From contig PKUV01000160.1 in assembly GCA_003131315.1 (NCBI GenBank), positions 59,804 through 123,803 on the forward strand: DNA of 64,000 nt, read 5' to 3'. A model generated the notes under the pieces. It had not been told where the DNA came from and made no database searches. It saw only the letters and a list, made by a program, of their open reading frames with translations. The first letter of the stretch is position 1. The number at the start of each line of letters is the position of its first letter. The DNA is from Acidobacteriaceae bacterium. Its GTDB lineage: Bacteria > Acidobacteriota > Terriglobia > Terriglobales > Acidobacteriaceae. Below are positions 8,312 through 18,539 of the stretch, one piece after another. The position numbers and the translations under genes are program-made.

Positions 8312-11300
8312 TCAGAAACTCAGCTTTAATGCGAGTTGTCCGACACGAGACGCTACCGATGTGCTCGTGATCTTGCCGAATGCCGGCACCCCGTCGCTGA
8401 AACTTGTATCTGGATTCCCGAATTGCGTGCTGTTGAATGCGTTGAAGAACTCGGCCCGGAACTCAAGAGCCATCCGCTCGGTTAATGCCGTCGTCTTCCT
8501 TAAAGAGAGATCAACGTTATGCTGAGATGGTCCGCGAAGCAGTCCTGGCCTGGTATTGCCAAAGCCCGTTCCTCCGTCTGAGCTGATCGCCGGCGGACCG
8601 GTAAAACAGTTGGTATTGAAATACTCGTTTAGGCGGCTTTTCACGGAGCCTCCTATGCTGAGACTTCCGTTGCAACCGGGCGCGCTGAGATCAAGATTGG
8701 CAAAGTCGCTCGACGTACCGAAAAGATTGTTCGAGTTGGTATTGAGGAATGTCAGCGGCGTTCCGGACTGGATAGTAACTACCGTGGACATGGCCCAGCC
8801 ACTGGAGATTTTTCCCGCAAAACCGGATCCGTGATTGAAACTGGGCAATTCATAAATAGCGCTCACGATCAAGCGCTGCGGACGGCTGAAATTGGCTTCT
8901 CCATAACCTGCATAGAGATTGTTCTGATCTCCGATGGTGCCGCCTCCGAAGGTGCTCCCCACGACGTTCGCTGCCCCGGTTGAGAGCGCCTTCGACCACG
9001 TGTACGCCCCGAGAAATTGCAATCCGTGGCTGAGATGTTTTTTCAGCGTGACTTCCAAGGCGTTGAAGTTTGAACGTCCCTCCGAGCCCTGTTCCTGGAA
9101 GCCGGCTGGATCCCAGCCTTGGTAGGGAACCCTCAGAGCGAGATTCGACAACGTACTGGTGGTTTCCCCGCGGATCGGGTTCTGGGGAGTAGCTAGACCC
9201 GCTTGGTTGATGGAGCGCGAGTAGATTAGATGGTTGGCATTCGATCCGACATAACCAATTTGTAGCGCCAAGGTTGGACTAATTGCAGTTTGCACATTGA
9301 CTACATACTGCTGGGTTATGGCAGGACGGATCGTCAACTGGGTGGCGATGGAGCTCAGATCGCTATTGGGTGTATAGGGATCGAAGAACGGAAATTGACT
9401 GAGCGGCGGGATGGGTTCCTGGAAGGGATGGGCCCATGAGGCGCTACCATTGAAAGGCGGAAAGAAGACGCCAATCAGTGCCCAAGGCAAGCCAGGTATG
9501 GACTGAAACTGGCTGTTGCCGGTCACCGCCGAATAGTAGATCCCATATCCGCCTCGCACCACTACGCGGTCACTCTTAGGCAGCAAACTGTATGCAAATC
9601 CAAATCGTGGACCCCATGTATTGTTTCCGCTCCCGGGTACAAACCCGTTGATTCCGGATTTCACAACGCCGGCAGGGACCGGATTGGTCCAATTGGCCGG
9701 TACCACGTAGCCCGCCAAACTGCCCTCCGGCGGAGGATTGGGATTAATCAGTGCCGGGTTGATGTTTGTTGCTCGACCACTGAGATTGGTGAACGGCGGC
9801 AACCATTCCCAGCGCAAGCCGAGGTTCAGCGTCAACCTGGAGTTGACTCGCCAGTCGTCCTGACCATAGGCCGAAATTTCCCATGTCCGAGCGTGTCCAG
9901 CGAGCACGCCCAGCAATTCGAGGGAGTACAACACATTGCTGAAACCGTCTGGTGGAAAGCCGGGTATTCCGGCGGTCCCGTTTTGTGCGCCGTTCATTCC
10001 AAGGAGGAAGTCCGGCCAACTGGGGAAGTTGACCTGACCGTAATATTCTTCTCCGCTGTTCACCAGATAAGTCCTCGTGACACCGCCGCCGAAGCGAAGA
10101 CTGTGGCGGCCACGCACCCACGCTAGGTTATCCTCCAGGGTGAAAAGGTTCTGCGCATTAGGGGAATAGATACCAGCATTAAAGTTATCGGAACCCGCGA
10201 TCGTCACGGAAGGTTTGTTGTCGTTCTGCGCGGAACTGTTCACTCCAATCCCGGAGAGAGTAAACGGCGAATGGGGCGTGGTGAGCGAACTAATCCGGTC
10301 ATAGCCCAACCGAATCTGGTTGAAAAGGTTTCCCCGGAAGACGTAATTGTCGGTGAGCGAGGCCACCAGATAGTTCAGGTTATTCGTCGATGGAGCACCC
10401 GGTAGATTCCCGCCACCTGCAAATGGATTCGTGGTGTCACTAAGCGCGGTAAAAAATCGGCCTTGGAAGGTGTTTTTCGATGACTGTAGGAAATCGAAAT
10501 TGCCCATGTATTGGTTCTCGTTGAACGTTGCTGGCACACTGAGCGAGACCAAGTCTGTCGCCGGGTTTGCAGTCGGGAAGAGATATTGTCCGTTGGGCAA
10601 TTTCTCCTGCAGAAGAGTCAGCGCCACCGGGTTAATGTTCGATCCGTCCGCGGCAATGGCTGGTCCGAACCCAGGAGGGCCGAAAATGTATTGGAGTCCC
10701 TGCTGCCCTGCAAAAAGCGCCCCGAGCGAAGCGGCGGAACGATCATTGGTAGTGAGCGGGGAAAAGAATGTTTGGCGGCCCGATACTCCATTGATCTGAC
10801 GTGTGCCCTGATACGATCCGAAGAAAAGCAATTTGTCCTTGATAATCGGCCCGCCCAGCGTGCCTCCGAACTGGTTTTGCTTCAGTTCCGGGCGTGGCGC
10901 GCCGTTCTGATTGAGAAAAAAATCGTTCGCATTGAGCACATCGTTCCGCCAAAATTCGAACACGTTGCCATGGAAAGCGTTCGAGCCCGTTTTCGTGACC
11001 AGGTTGATATTTGCGCCGGCGTCCCGGCCATATTCCGCATCGTACATTCCCGTCTGGACTTTGAACTCCTGGATTGTGTCGGGATTGGGGATGGGCACTC
11101 CAAAAGCCGCCGCATCATAATCGTTGACGTCAACTCCATCCATTCGAAAATTGACGTCGCTCGCCCGGGCTCCGTTGACGTTTTGCCCTTGTCCCTCCGT
11201 AGTAGGAATCTGTCCTCCGCTTCCGCGGCCAAGTTCAGTCGCTTGCGTGACACTAGCCACAACCCCGGCCGAGAGAGTCATGATCTGTGTGAAATTGCGG

Positions 11301-11794
11301 TTCACCAGAGGAAGAGATTCGACCTGCGCTGTGCTAACCACATCTCCGAGCGCGTTCGTGCCCGTCTCGACGACCGGAGGCGTTCCTTTGACTTCGATCG
11401 TTGTTGATTCACTACCCACCTTGAGGGTGACATTCGAAGCGTTCGTCTCGGTTACGGTGATGACCACACCTGTTATTGTGGTGCGCGCGAAGCCTTTCGC
11501 ATCAATATCGACCTGATAGGATCCAGGCGGAAGTAGCGGCACCGTGTAGGCGCCATCCGCGCCCGTCCGTACGGCGCGCACCTCATGCGTTCCCTGATTC
11601 GTCACTCGAACATCGGCATTCGACACTACTCTGCCTGAAGGATCGGTGACGGCTCCTTTGAGAAGGCCCGTCGTGGAAGTTTGGGCCCACATTGTTGGGA
11701 AGAGGCCCAGAACCGTGAGTGCCAAGAATACGGATAGCAACAACTCGGTCTGCCATAAGAAAAATCCAATTCTCGTTGACGACATACGTTCCAT
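8312..11794 (-). CDS. TonB-dependent receptor with an N-terminal carboxypeptidase-regulatory-like domain
   Basis: About 1,160 aa. It has a signal peptide and a CarboxypepD_reg-like beta-sandwich (GAVTDPSGRVVSNADVRVTN...GAYTVPLLPPGSYQVDI). It also has a plug region and a C-terminal ...LALKLSF aromatic terminus. GGAGG lies 5 nt before the ATG at 11794. Confidence 0.9.
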   Translation of the reverse strand: MERMSSTRIGFFLWQTELLLSVFLALTVLGLFPTMWAQTSTTGLLKGAVTDPSGRVVSNADVRVTNQGTHEVRAVRTGADGAYTVPLLPPGSYQVDIDAKGFARTTITGVVITVTETNASNVTLKVGSESTTIEVKGTPPVVETGTNALGDVVSTAQVESLPLVNRNFTQIMTLSAGVVASVTQATELGRGSGGQIPTTEGQGQNVNGARASDVNFRMDGVDVNDYDAAAFGVPIPNPDTIQEFKVQTGMYDAEYGRDAGANINLVTKTGSNAFHGNVFEFWRNDVLNANDFFLNQNGAPRPELKQNQFGGTLGGPIIKDKLLFFGSYQGTRQINGVSGRQTFFSPLTTNDRSAASLGALFAGQQGLQYIFGPPGFGPAIAADGSNINPVALTLLQEKLPNGQYLFPTANPATDLVSLSVPATFNENQYMGNFDFLQSSKNTFQGRFFTALSDTTNPFAGGGNLPGAPSTNNLNYLVASLTDNYVFRGNLFNQIRLGYDRISSLTTPHSPFTLSGIGVNSSAQNDNKPSVTIAGSDNFNAGIYSPNAQNLFTLEDNLAWVRGRHSLRFGGGVTRTYLVNSGEEYYGQVNFPSWPDFLLGMNGAQNGTAGIPGFPPDGFSNVLYSLELLGVLAGHARTWEISAYGQDDWRVNSRLTLNLGLRWEWLPPFTNLSGRATNINPALINPNPPPEGSLAGYVVPANWTNPVPAGVVKSGINGFVPGSGNNTWGPRFGFAYSLLPKSDRVVVRGGYGIYYSAVTGNSQFQSIPGLPWALIGVFFPPFNGSASWAHPFQEPIPPLSQFPFFDPYTPNSDLSSIATQLTIRPAITQQYVVNVQTAISPTLALQIGYVGSNANHLIYSRSINQAGLATPQNPIRGETTSTLSNLALRVPYQGWDPAGFQEQGSEGRSNFNALEVTLKKHLSHGLQFLGAYTWSKALSTGAANVVGSTFGGGTIGDQNNLYAGYGEANFSRPQRLIVSAIYELPSFNHGSGFAGKISSGWAMSTVVTIQSGTPLTFLNTNSNNLFGTSSDFANLDLSAPGCNGSLSIGGSVKSRLNEYFNTNCFTGPPAISSDGGTGFGNTRPGLLRGPSQHNVDLSLRKTTALTERMALEFRAEFFNAFNSTQFGNPDTSFSDGVPAFGKITSTSVASRVGQLALKLSF

Positions 11795-11827
11795 GGCTAC
11801 CTCCAAAGGTGCCCAGCCTCAATCAAG

Positions 11828-11841
11828 TTGACTGCTGTCAA
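11828..11841. promoter_or_regulatory. inverted repeat TTGAC-TGCT-GTCAA upstream of the receptor gene
   Basis: Read directly from the sequence, 34 nt upstream of the 11794 start in the divergent intergenic region. Confidence 0.3.
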
Positions 11842-12103
11842 GTGCGACAGGGCGATAAGGGCGAAACCATCCCCACATTGGATACATGCTGCGAATATGC
11901 CCTCGAAACGAGGGCGACTCTATATCAACAAATTGTATAAGTCAAGCCCATAATTTACAAATATATTTGACGCGCCGACCGACTTGGGATATTGTTGCCA
12001 GTCCGGAGTTCCAAAACGCCCCCGTCGCGCTCAGAGCGCTTCGAATCTAATGGCAGGTCTGCGATGTTCAGCCTTGAACAAGAGAGAAACAGGTGATGCC
12101 AAC

Positions 12104-12547
12104 GTGACCAATACACCGAGACCCGCGGAACTTCGATCGCCCGGTGACGAGGGTGCCGGGAAGGCCGCGGCGAGAAATCGTCGCCAGTACGTCCAAATCA
12201 CCCCCCAGGGCCCATTCAGCGATGGCGTCCTCGTAGGGAATACCTTTTATTTATCGGGGCGCATCGGGCTCGATGCTTCGGGCAAGCAAGTGCCAGATGA
12301 CGTTAAGTCCGAAGCTCGTAACGTTATGAATGGCATTCGGCTTGTTTTGCAGAAGGCCGGCATGCAGATGGACGACCTGGTCTACGTCCAGGTCTTCTGT
12401 CCAGACGTCTCGCTATGGGAGCGCTTCAACGCAATTTACTGCTCGTATTTCAACGGCAAATTGCCAGCGCGTGCCTTTGTCGGATCCGGCAAATTGCTTT
12501 TCAACGCCCGTTTCGAAGTACAAGCGATTGCAGTGCGGGCATTCTGA
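12104..12547 (+). CDS. RidA/YjgF-family protein (cytoplasmic)
   Basis: FSDGVLVGNTFYLSGRIG ... PARAFVGSG ... FEVQAIA, with the canonical Arg retained. The start is ambiguous: GTG at 12104 with AGGTGA upstream, while the open frame extends to 11984. Confidence 0.8.
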   Translation: MTNTPRPAELRSPGDEGAGKAAARNRRQYVQITPQGPFSDGVLVGNTFYLSGRIGLDASGKQVPDDVKSEARNVMNGIRLVLQKAGMQMDDLVYVQVFCPDVSLWERFNAIYCSYFNGKLPARAFVGSGKLLFNARFEVQAIAVRAF

Positions 12548-12658
12548 GGAATCTTTGTCGTGGCGATGACCACAAAATGTGGAATACTACCAATCTGCCG
12601 TCCGATGGCGGAACATTGCTTGGCGGCTGCGAGCCCGAATCCGATAAGGAGAATCAGA

Positions 12659-13333
12659 GTGAAACCAAGTGAGAAAGAATACCTTCTCAATTTCGTTTCC
12701 CGGCTAAGTGATGCATTGGGGCAAACCTTTGGGAAATTCAGCGAAATCGTAGTTCATGATCTTAGTTCTCCTGAGAGCTCCATCATTGCGATCGCCAATG
12801 GCAGCCTGACTGGTCGAAAGGTTGGCGACACGCTGGATGCACTCGGATTCCAATTGCTAAAGACCCACCCTGCGTCCGATCTCCTGAACTACAGTACGAA
12901 AACGAAAGACGGTAAGGAGTTGCGGTCTTCCAGCATTTTCCTGCGCGATGAAAAGGGGAAAATTTTTGGAGCACTGTGTGTAAACGTTGATATTTCTGGT
13001 CTGCGCAAGGCGCAGGAATGGATACAGGAGGCTCTAGGCTCAGCCAGCACTGCAATCGACGAGAGATTCGAACGCTCAGTGGACGAGGTATTGGAGAACT
13101 TGATTCAGAATGCCATCGCCAGCATCGGCAAAAAAACGGCCGACATGACTCGCGAAGACAAGGTCGCGATCGTTGCCTACTTGGAGGCCAAGGGCGCATT
13201 TCTCATCCGTTACTCCGTCGAGCGCGTAGCCGAATTGCTCGGTATGACGAAATACACCATCTACAACTACTTGGATGAGATCAGAAAAACGCAGGAAGAC
13301 GACGAGATCCAAACGGCAAAGACATCGCGATGA
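12659..13333 (+). CDS. YheO/DauR-like transcriptional regulator (YheO-type PAS domain plus C-terminal HTH)
   Basis: EIVVHDLSSPESSIIAIANGSLTGRKVGD, and C-terminal VAELLGMTKYTIYNYL. AAGGAG lies 7 nt upstream of the GTG at 12659. Confidence 0.8.
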   Translation: MKPSEKEYLLNFVSRLSDALGQTFGKFSEIVVHDLSSPESSIIAIANGSLTGRKVGDTLDALGFQLLKTHPASDLLNYSTKTKDGKELRSSSIFLRDEKGKIFGALCVNVDISGLRKAQEWIQEALGSASTAIDERFERSVDEVLENLIQNAIASIGKKTADMTREDKVAIVAYLEAKGAFLIRYSVERVAELLGMTKYTIYNYLDEIRKTQEDDEIQTAKTSR

Positions 13334-13413
13334 AGAAATCGCCTCTATTCGTCTCCCCCGCGCCCGCTCCCAACGAACCAGTGGAACTGTTCTGAAAGTC
13401 AGTGTCGAAATGA

Positions 13414-14979
13414 TTACTTCATCGTCGGCACATTCGTGCCCGCGGCAATGAAATCATGCAGTTCCTTCGAGGCGCCCGTGCGCGCGTCGTTGTCCTCGTA
13501 GACCGAATGTCCCGCGGCAAAAGCAACCATGCGAGTTCGATCGAGCGGTATGCCCGCATGCGTCAGCGCGTAACGCTGATACAACACTGTAGCCGCCAGG
13601 TCGTAGTAGCCGCTTATGAGAAGCAGGCGCGATGCGGGTCTTTCTTTCATAAGTTTTGCGAGATTGGGCGTCGGATTCAAGTTGCGCAGAGTGTCCTCGA
13701 GGTTGTGGGACCCTGAGTTCCAGTCCCAGGCGAAGTTAACGTTAAGCGTGAGCGAGAGATAGTCGAGGTCAGTCTTCACCCCGATCTCGTTGCGCAGGTA
13801 ATCGCGCACCCATATGTTCTTGATCACGTTGGAAGCACCCAGGTGGAGTGCCGGGTCATCCGCTGCTTTTGGCCGTCCGGCGACGAGCGGCCTGTCGGGC
13901 CTGGGCGCGGTGACCCGTGTGTCGATGCGTCCCACGACTTTTCCTGGCACAAGCTGTTCGAGAAAATCCTGATCATCGATCCGTAGATTGGCGGCGGCGA
14001 TGGTCGATGCTGGAAGGCCGATCAGCTTTGCCATGCGCTCCGCCAGTCGGTCGCGATCCTGGGCGGAGAGTTCGGATCCCTGCTGCAAAGCAACGATGTA
14101 GTCGCTCTGAGCGAAAGTGCGTGCTTCCTCGAAAACCTGCTCTAGGCTGCGACCATCGCCTCCAACTTTGCCCTGCGCGTACGCTGCCGCAGCCATGGAC
14201 GGCAGAGTGAGCACGAAATGCTGATCATTTCCGGCCGCACCGGAGAGGTCGGTTCCTGGCGAAATCAGCACTAGCCCGGCCACGTTCAAATCGCTAATGT
14301 CTTTCGCCATCTCCGCGAGCCGGTACCCGCCATAACTCTCGCCGACGATGTAGATGGGTGACTTGGTTCGGGTGTTCTCGCGCAGCCAATCGCGAATAAG
14401 TGTCTGGACCGCTTTGGAATCTCCTGACGGGCTCCAGTACGCATTCCCGCCTCCCAGTCTCAGTTCGCGACTAAACCCGGTTCCGACCGGATCGATCATG
14501 ACCAGGTCCGACACGTCAAGCAACGTTTGCGGGTTATCGACAAGAGTTCGCGTCCCCTTTGCATCTGGGTTGGTCAAGCGGCTGGGCCCAAGAATGCCGA
14601 AATGCAGTGGAGAACTGGACGCGCCCGGCCCTCCATTAAAAGCGAAGAGCACCGGTCGCTGCGCGCGGTCGTGCACGTCTTCGCGCACGTAGCTCGTCGC
14701 CGACATTGTTGCTTGTGGAACACCGGCCGGATCTTTCAATAGTATCGACGACCACGTTGCGACATACGGAATCGCGATATCTCCAAGGTGAAGCACGTGA
14801 CGCGACGAAGCCGATGGGATAGGCCGTGGCCAGAGCGCAGAAGAATCGACGGCGATAATCGCACTGCCTGCGACCGTCTGTGTCGCAGGCGGATTTGTTT
14901 GCTGCGTGTGTAGCGCTGGTGCACCCGCCAGTACCAATGCCAAGACCGAACCAGCGGTCAGAAATGCGAACAATCGCAT
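13414..14979 (-). CDS. exported peptidase S10 family, paralog 3
   Basis: Signal peptide MRLFAFLTAGSVLALVLAGAPA. Motifs are FAFNGGPGASS, GESYG, GYYDLAA and AGHSVY. Confidence 0.85.
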   Translation of the reverse strand: MRLFAFLTAGSVLALVLAGAPALHTQQTNPPATQTVAGSAIIAVDSSALWPRPIPSASSRHVLHLGDIAIPYVATWSSILLKDPAGVPQATMSATSYVREDVHDRAQRPVLFAFNGGPGASSSPLHFGILGPSRLTNPDAKGTRTLVDNPQTLLDVSDLVMIDPVGTGFSRELRLGGGNAYWSPSGDSKAVQTLIRDWLRENTRTKSPIYIVGESYGGYRLAEMAKDISDLNVAGLVLISPGTDLSGAAGNDQHFVLTLPSMAAAAYAQGKVGGDGRSLEQVFEEARTFAQSDYIVALQQGSELSAQDRDRLAERMAKLIGLPASTIAAANLRIDDQDFLEQLVPGKVVGRIDTRVTAPRPDRPLVAGRPKAADDPALHLGASNVIKNIWVRDYLRNEIGVKTDLDYLSLTLNVNFAWDWNSGSHNLEDTLRNLNPTPNLAKLMKERPASRLLLISGYYDLAATVLYQRYALTHAGIPLDRTRMVAFAAGHSVYEDNDARTGASKELHDFIAAGTNVPTMK

Positions 14980-15076
14980 TGATTCTTTCCGCTTGCGCTT
15001 CGCCGTGAAGTTCGCATGTTTAATCATTATTTTTCCCGTAACTGAGGCCACCCTACGTATCAACAAAACGTTGAAC

Positions 15077-16603
15077 TCAAGGAGCGTAGTCCTGTCCTAT
15101 CTTATTCGCCTCGATCAGCGTCTTGACATCGCGGCTGAACTCGGCGCGTGTCGACGCATCCCTGTACATCGCATGTCCGCCGACATAGCACTTGAATGTA
15201 ATCGACTCCCGCAACTTCTGCGGAAGTTGGCGCTCGATTTCGTCGCCGACGGCGCAAGGCATGAAGGAATCGTACATCCCCCCTGCAACCAGCACCTTCA
15301 TGCGCGGATTGAGCGCCAGGGCTTCCTCGGTTCCCGGCAACGGCGGACCGAGACGTGGCGGGCCCTCTCCACGCTTGCTCGCCTCTTCGATGGCCGCCTT
15401 CAATTCTTCGGGCGTGACCTTGGCGGTGGCATAGTTCCAGCGTTCGTTCACCGGTTCGGGGTAAGTTCCGCTCGGCGCGAAACCCTGCTCCATTCCTTCT
15501 AACCCAATGTAAGGCAGGCTGGTGTGATAGCCCAGTTCGTGACGAAAATAGTGAAGGATCACGGGAGCATCGTCGTTTCTCGGCGCAGTAGTGCGGCGCA
15601 TGTCAAAGATGTACGGCTCCTTGTCTTGGTCCTTCAACAGTCCAGTCCGAAATTGGCGCGGCGTAATCGTGAGCGTCTTGCGGTCAATCTGTTCTTGCGC
15701 GAGACGAGTGAAGCGTGACAATTGCGTCACGATCGCGGTTCGCTTCGCATCCGATAGTTTCTCGATCCGGTCTAGCGCAGGAGCGTAACTTTCGCGTACC
15801 CACTTCTCGGCAGCCCGCCGCACCCCTTCCGGATCGTTGCCGAGGTCGGGCGCCGTTTTGTGGTAGTAGAGAGCAGTGCTGGCCATGTCGACAGTTTGCA
15901 GCGCGGAACGCAATTCGGGAGAGACGTATTCCTTATTCAGTCCCCACCCCCCTGAAATCAGAACTAGCCCATTGACGGTGATGCCACGCTTCTCCAGCGC
16001 ATAACCCACATGGGCCGCGCGCCCTGCACCCCAACTCTCGCCGGCGAGGAATACAGACGCCTCCTCCGCGCCATGCAGCAAGCGCCACGCGCGAATGAAC
16101 TCGGTCACCGACTCGACATCGCCGACCGTGCCATAGAATTCGGCACTGTACTCCCCCTTCACCGGCCGGCTGAAACCGGTGCCGATCGGGTCAACCAACA
16201 CGAGATCGGTCGTGGGCAGCCAGCTGTTAGGATTGTCGACGAGGTGTCCACCCTCGACCAGCTTCGGGCCGACGATGGAGAAGTGCAACAAAGAAGAATC
16301 AGCGCCCGGGCCGCCATTCCATACGAAAGTTACCGGCCGCAGCCCGTGCGCTGAGGGAATGCGATAGGCGGTGTAAAACATGTATCCATGAGGCTCGCCG
16401 GTCTCAACGTCGCAGATCGCGATCCGGCCGGCTTCCGCCGTGTACTGCAGCAGCTTGCCGCCGATGTGCGCCTCGTGTTGGGTGACAACCGGCGCCTCTT
16501 CGTCGCGCGCGGTTGCGGGGAGAGAGAAAAAGGCGAGAACGGTCGCGCAGGCGACGACGATCAGATTCGTTTTGTTACGCTCTCTCCAGCTCACGAGCTT
16601 CAT
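15077..16603 (-). CDS. exported peptidase S10 family, paralog 4
   Basis: The start at MKLVSWRERNK has GGAGAGGGAG upstream. Motifs are FVWNGGPGADS, GESWG, GGMYDSF and GGHAMY. Confidence 0.85.
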   Translation of the reverse strand: MKLVSWRERNKTNLIVVACATVLAFFSLPATARDEEAPVVTQHEAHIGGKLLQYTAEAGRIAICDVETGEPHGYMFYTAYRIPSAHGLRPVTFVWNGGPGADSSLLHFSIVGPKLVEGGHLVDNPNSWLPTTDLVLVDPIGTGFSRPVKGEYSAEFYGTVGDVESVTEFIRAWRLLHGAEEASVFLAGESWGAGRAAHVGYALEKRGITVNGLVLISGGWGLNKEYVSPELRSALQTVDMASTALYYHKTAPDLGNDPEGVRRAAEKWVRESYAPALDRIEKLSDAKRTAIVTQLSRFTRLAQEQIDRKTLTITPRQFRTGLLKDQDKEPYIFDMRRTTAPRNDDAPVILHYFRHELGYHTSLPYIGLEGMEQGFAPSGTYPEPVNERWNYATAKVTPEELKAAIEEASKRGEGPPRLGPPLPGTEEALALNPRMKVLVAGGMYDSFMPCAVGDEIERQLPQKLRESITFKCYVGGHAMYRDASTRAEFSRDVKTLIEANKIGQDYAP

Positions 16604-16796
16604 TCTCCCTCTCCTTGAAGAGCAGTGTCTGAGCTGCGTTGCAGGCTTGGCCGTGGGTGTACATGCGGGCTGACAATATCCAAAGACTGCCCTGGAGTCA
16701 ACTAATTTTAGAATCATGCCTCGCGTGTGTTAAAGTTTTGTTGATTTCTACTCTCAAAACGGGATATCGGAACGTGAGAGGAAATGTGCGCGGTTT

Positions 16797-18539
16797 ATGA
16801 GCACCAGCCTACGGTCCTTGACCGCATTTTTGTTCTTCGCTGTTGTTCTCTTCGCAGGAGCGAGCGTTGCCTCTACCTCTGTTCCTCTCACGATTACTCT
16901 GCGGCCAGCTGTCCCTGACTCCGCGCAGCGTGTGCCATACGTAGACGTCACTTTGACCTACTCGACACCGCCAATCGTCGCGAGCCAGTCGTTTCTGAAA
17001 ATGCCACTGGTCACTTCCAATGTCGAGACCGTCGCCAAGACAATCCAGGCTCTTTCCGTGAACGATGCGAGCGGGCCAGTTCCCGTGACCGTCAAGGATG
17101 ATCCCGAAGGCGGCGAGGTTAGGTATCGTCACTGGCTTTCTTCCCGCGCTACCAGAGGCACTCTAACCGTTGATTACCGTGCCCCCATTTCAAACGTCGC
17201 CGCTCCGCGGGGCGCTGCCCCGCCGCTAGAACTCCGGTCGGATAGCGCCGCATTTTCGGGCGCCGGCGAAACTTTTCTGCTTCTACCCGAGGCAGATTCA
17301 TCGCAGATAACCTTCCAGCCAGTCAATATTCGGTGGAATCTCAGCGACATGGGCCCGGGAGCAGTGGCAATCTCCAGCTTCGGAAAGGGCGATGTCACTA
17401 CGTCTGGTTCGAAGGACCTCCAATCGCTGCAATCCTGTTTTTTCATGGCAGGCAAGGTGGAGCTTTATCCCCAAACTCCTCCCGCGACCGGATTCTTTTC
17501 AGCCTGGCATGGAAGCGCGCCCTTCGATCTGCGTGAGTTGATGATCTCTGAGGAGAAGCTCTACGCTTTCTACCGCAAATTCTTCAAACGACCGGCGACG
17601 GCTCCGTATGGCGTCTTCCTGCGTGCGAATCCCGTGAATGCGGGCGGCGGCGTGGAGCTTGCGGGTTCTTTCGTGGCGACTTTTGGGCCGAAGACAGAGC
17701 TCGATGACCTGAAAATTACCCTCGCGCACGAGATGCTGCATACGTTTGTGGGTGCACTCGACAAGCCCGCCGGATTGTTGAGCTCCTGGTTCTCGGAAGG
17801 GATGGCCGTTTACTACGCTCGGATGTTGGCGCTGCGTGCCGGCCAGATAACTCCCGCCCAGTTGCTGAAAGATCTGAACACGACAGCGGGACGCTATTAC
17901 ACTGACGCTCTGATCGCAACGCCAAACGACGAAATTCCCGCACACTTCTGGGCTGATACCCGAATTCGCGTGTTGCCCTACGACAGAGGATCGATGTATT
18001 TCGCAGTTGTCGACGGCGAAGTGCGCGCTGCTTCCGGTGGAAAGCGCTCGCTCGACTATTTGCTCCTCGCCCTGCTCGAACGCCCACGGCAGAAACTGCC
18101 AGTTGACGAGGACGCGTGGGTTAAGCAGGTAACGAAAGACTTGGGGGAAAAAGGAAAAACAGAGTTTGAGGCGATGCTGTCGGGCGCAATCCAGCTTCCA
18201 ACGGCTGGCGGCTTCGGCCCATGCTTCACCCGCACAACGAAAATGCTGCGGCGATATGAGCTTGGATTCGAACCGAAGGTATTGACCGAGCCCCAACGGG
18301 TCATCCGCGGTCTGCTTCCCGGTTCAGCCGCTGAGCGCGCCGGCATTCGAAATGGAGACGAAATCACCCAACCGGTGCCTCAGGACGCTATACAAGGTGA
18401 TCAAGATGGCGTGCTGACGCTCAAATTGCTGCGCGAGGGAAAGCCGCTTGAGATCAGTTACATTCCCCGCGGCGAGACGGTCGAAGCCTACCAATGGATC
18501 AGAGTCGGGAATGTGCCGGACACTGCCTGCGTCTACTGA
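16797..18539 (+). CDS. exported M61-like zinc metallopeptidase with a C-terminal PDZ domain
   Basis: It has a signal peptide, the HEMLH zincin motif with a downstream FSEGMAVYY, and a C-terminal GLLPGSAAERAGIRNGDEI PDZ-like segment. Confidence 0.75.
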   Translation: MSTSLRSLTAFLFFAVVLFAGASVASTSVPLTITLRPAVPDSAQRVPYVDVTLTYSTPPIVASQSFLKMPLVTSNVETVAKTIQALSVNDASGPVPVTVKDDPEGGEVRYRHWLSSRATRGTLTVDYRAPISNVAAPRGAAPPLELRSDSAAFSGAGETFLLLPEADSSQITFQPVNIRWNLSDMGPGAVAISSFGKGDVTTSGSKDLQSLQSCFFMAGKVELYPQTPPATGFFSAWHGSAPFDLRELMISEEKLYAFYRKFFKRPATAPYGVFLRANPVNAGGGVELAGSFVATFGPKTELDDLKITLAHEMLHTFVGALDKPAGLLSSWFSEGMAVYYARMLALRAGQITPAQLLKDLNTTAGRYYTDALIATPNDEIPAHFWADTRIRVLPYDRGSMYFAVVDGEVRAASGGKRSLDYLLLALLERPRQKLPVDEDAWVKQVTKDLGEKGKTEFEAMLSGAIQLPTAGGFGPCFTRTTKMLRRYELGFEPKVLTEPQRVIRGLLPGSAAERAGIRNGDEITQPVPQDAIQGDQDGVLTLKLLREGKPLEISYIPRGETVEAYQWIRVGNVPDTACVY

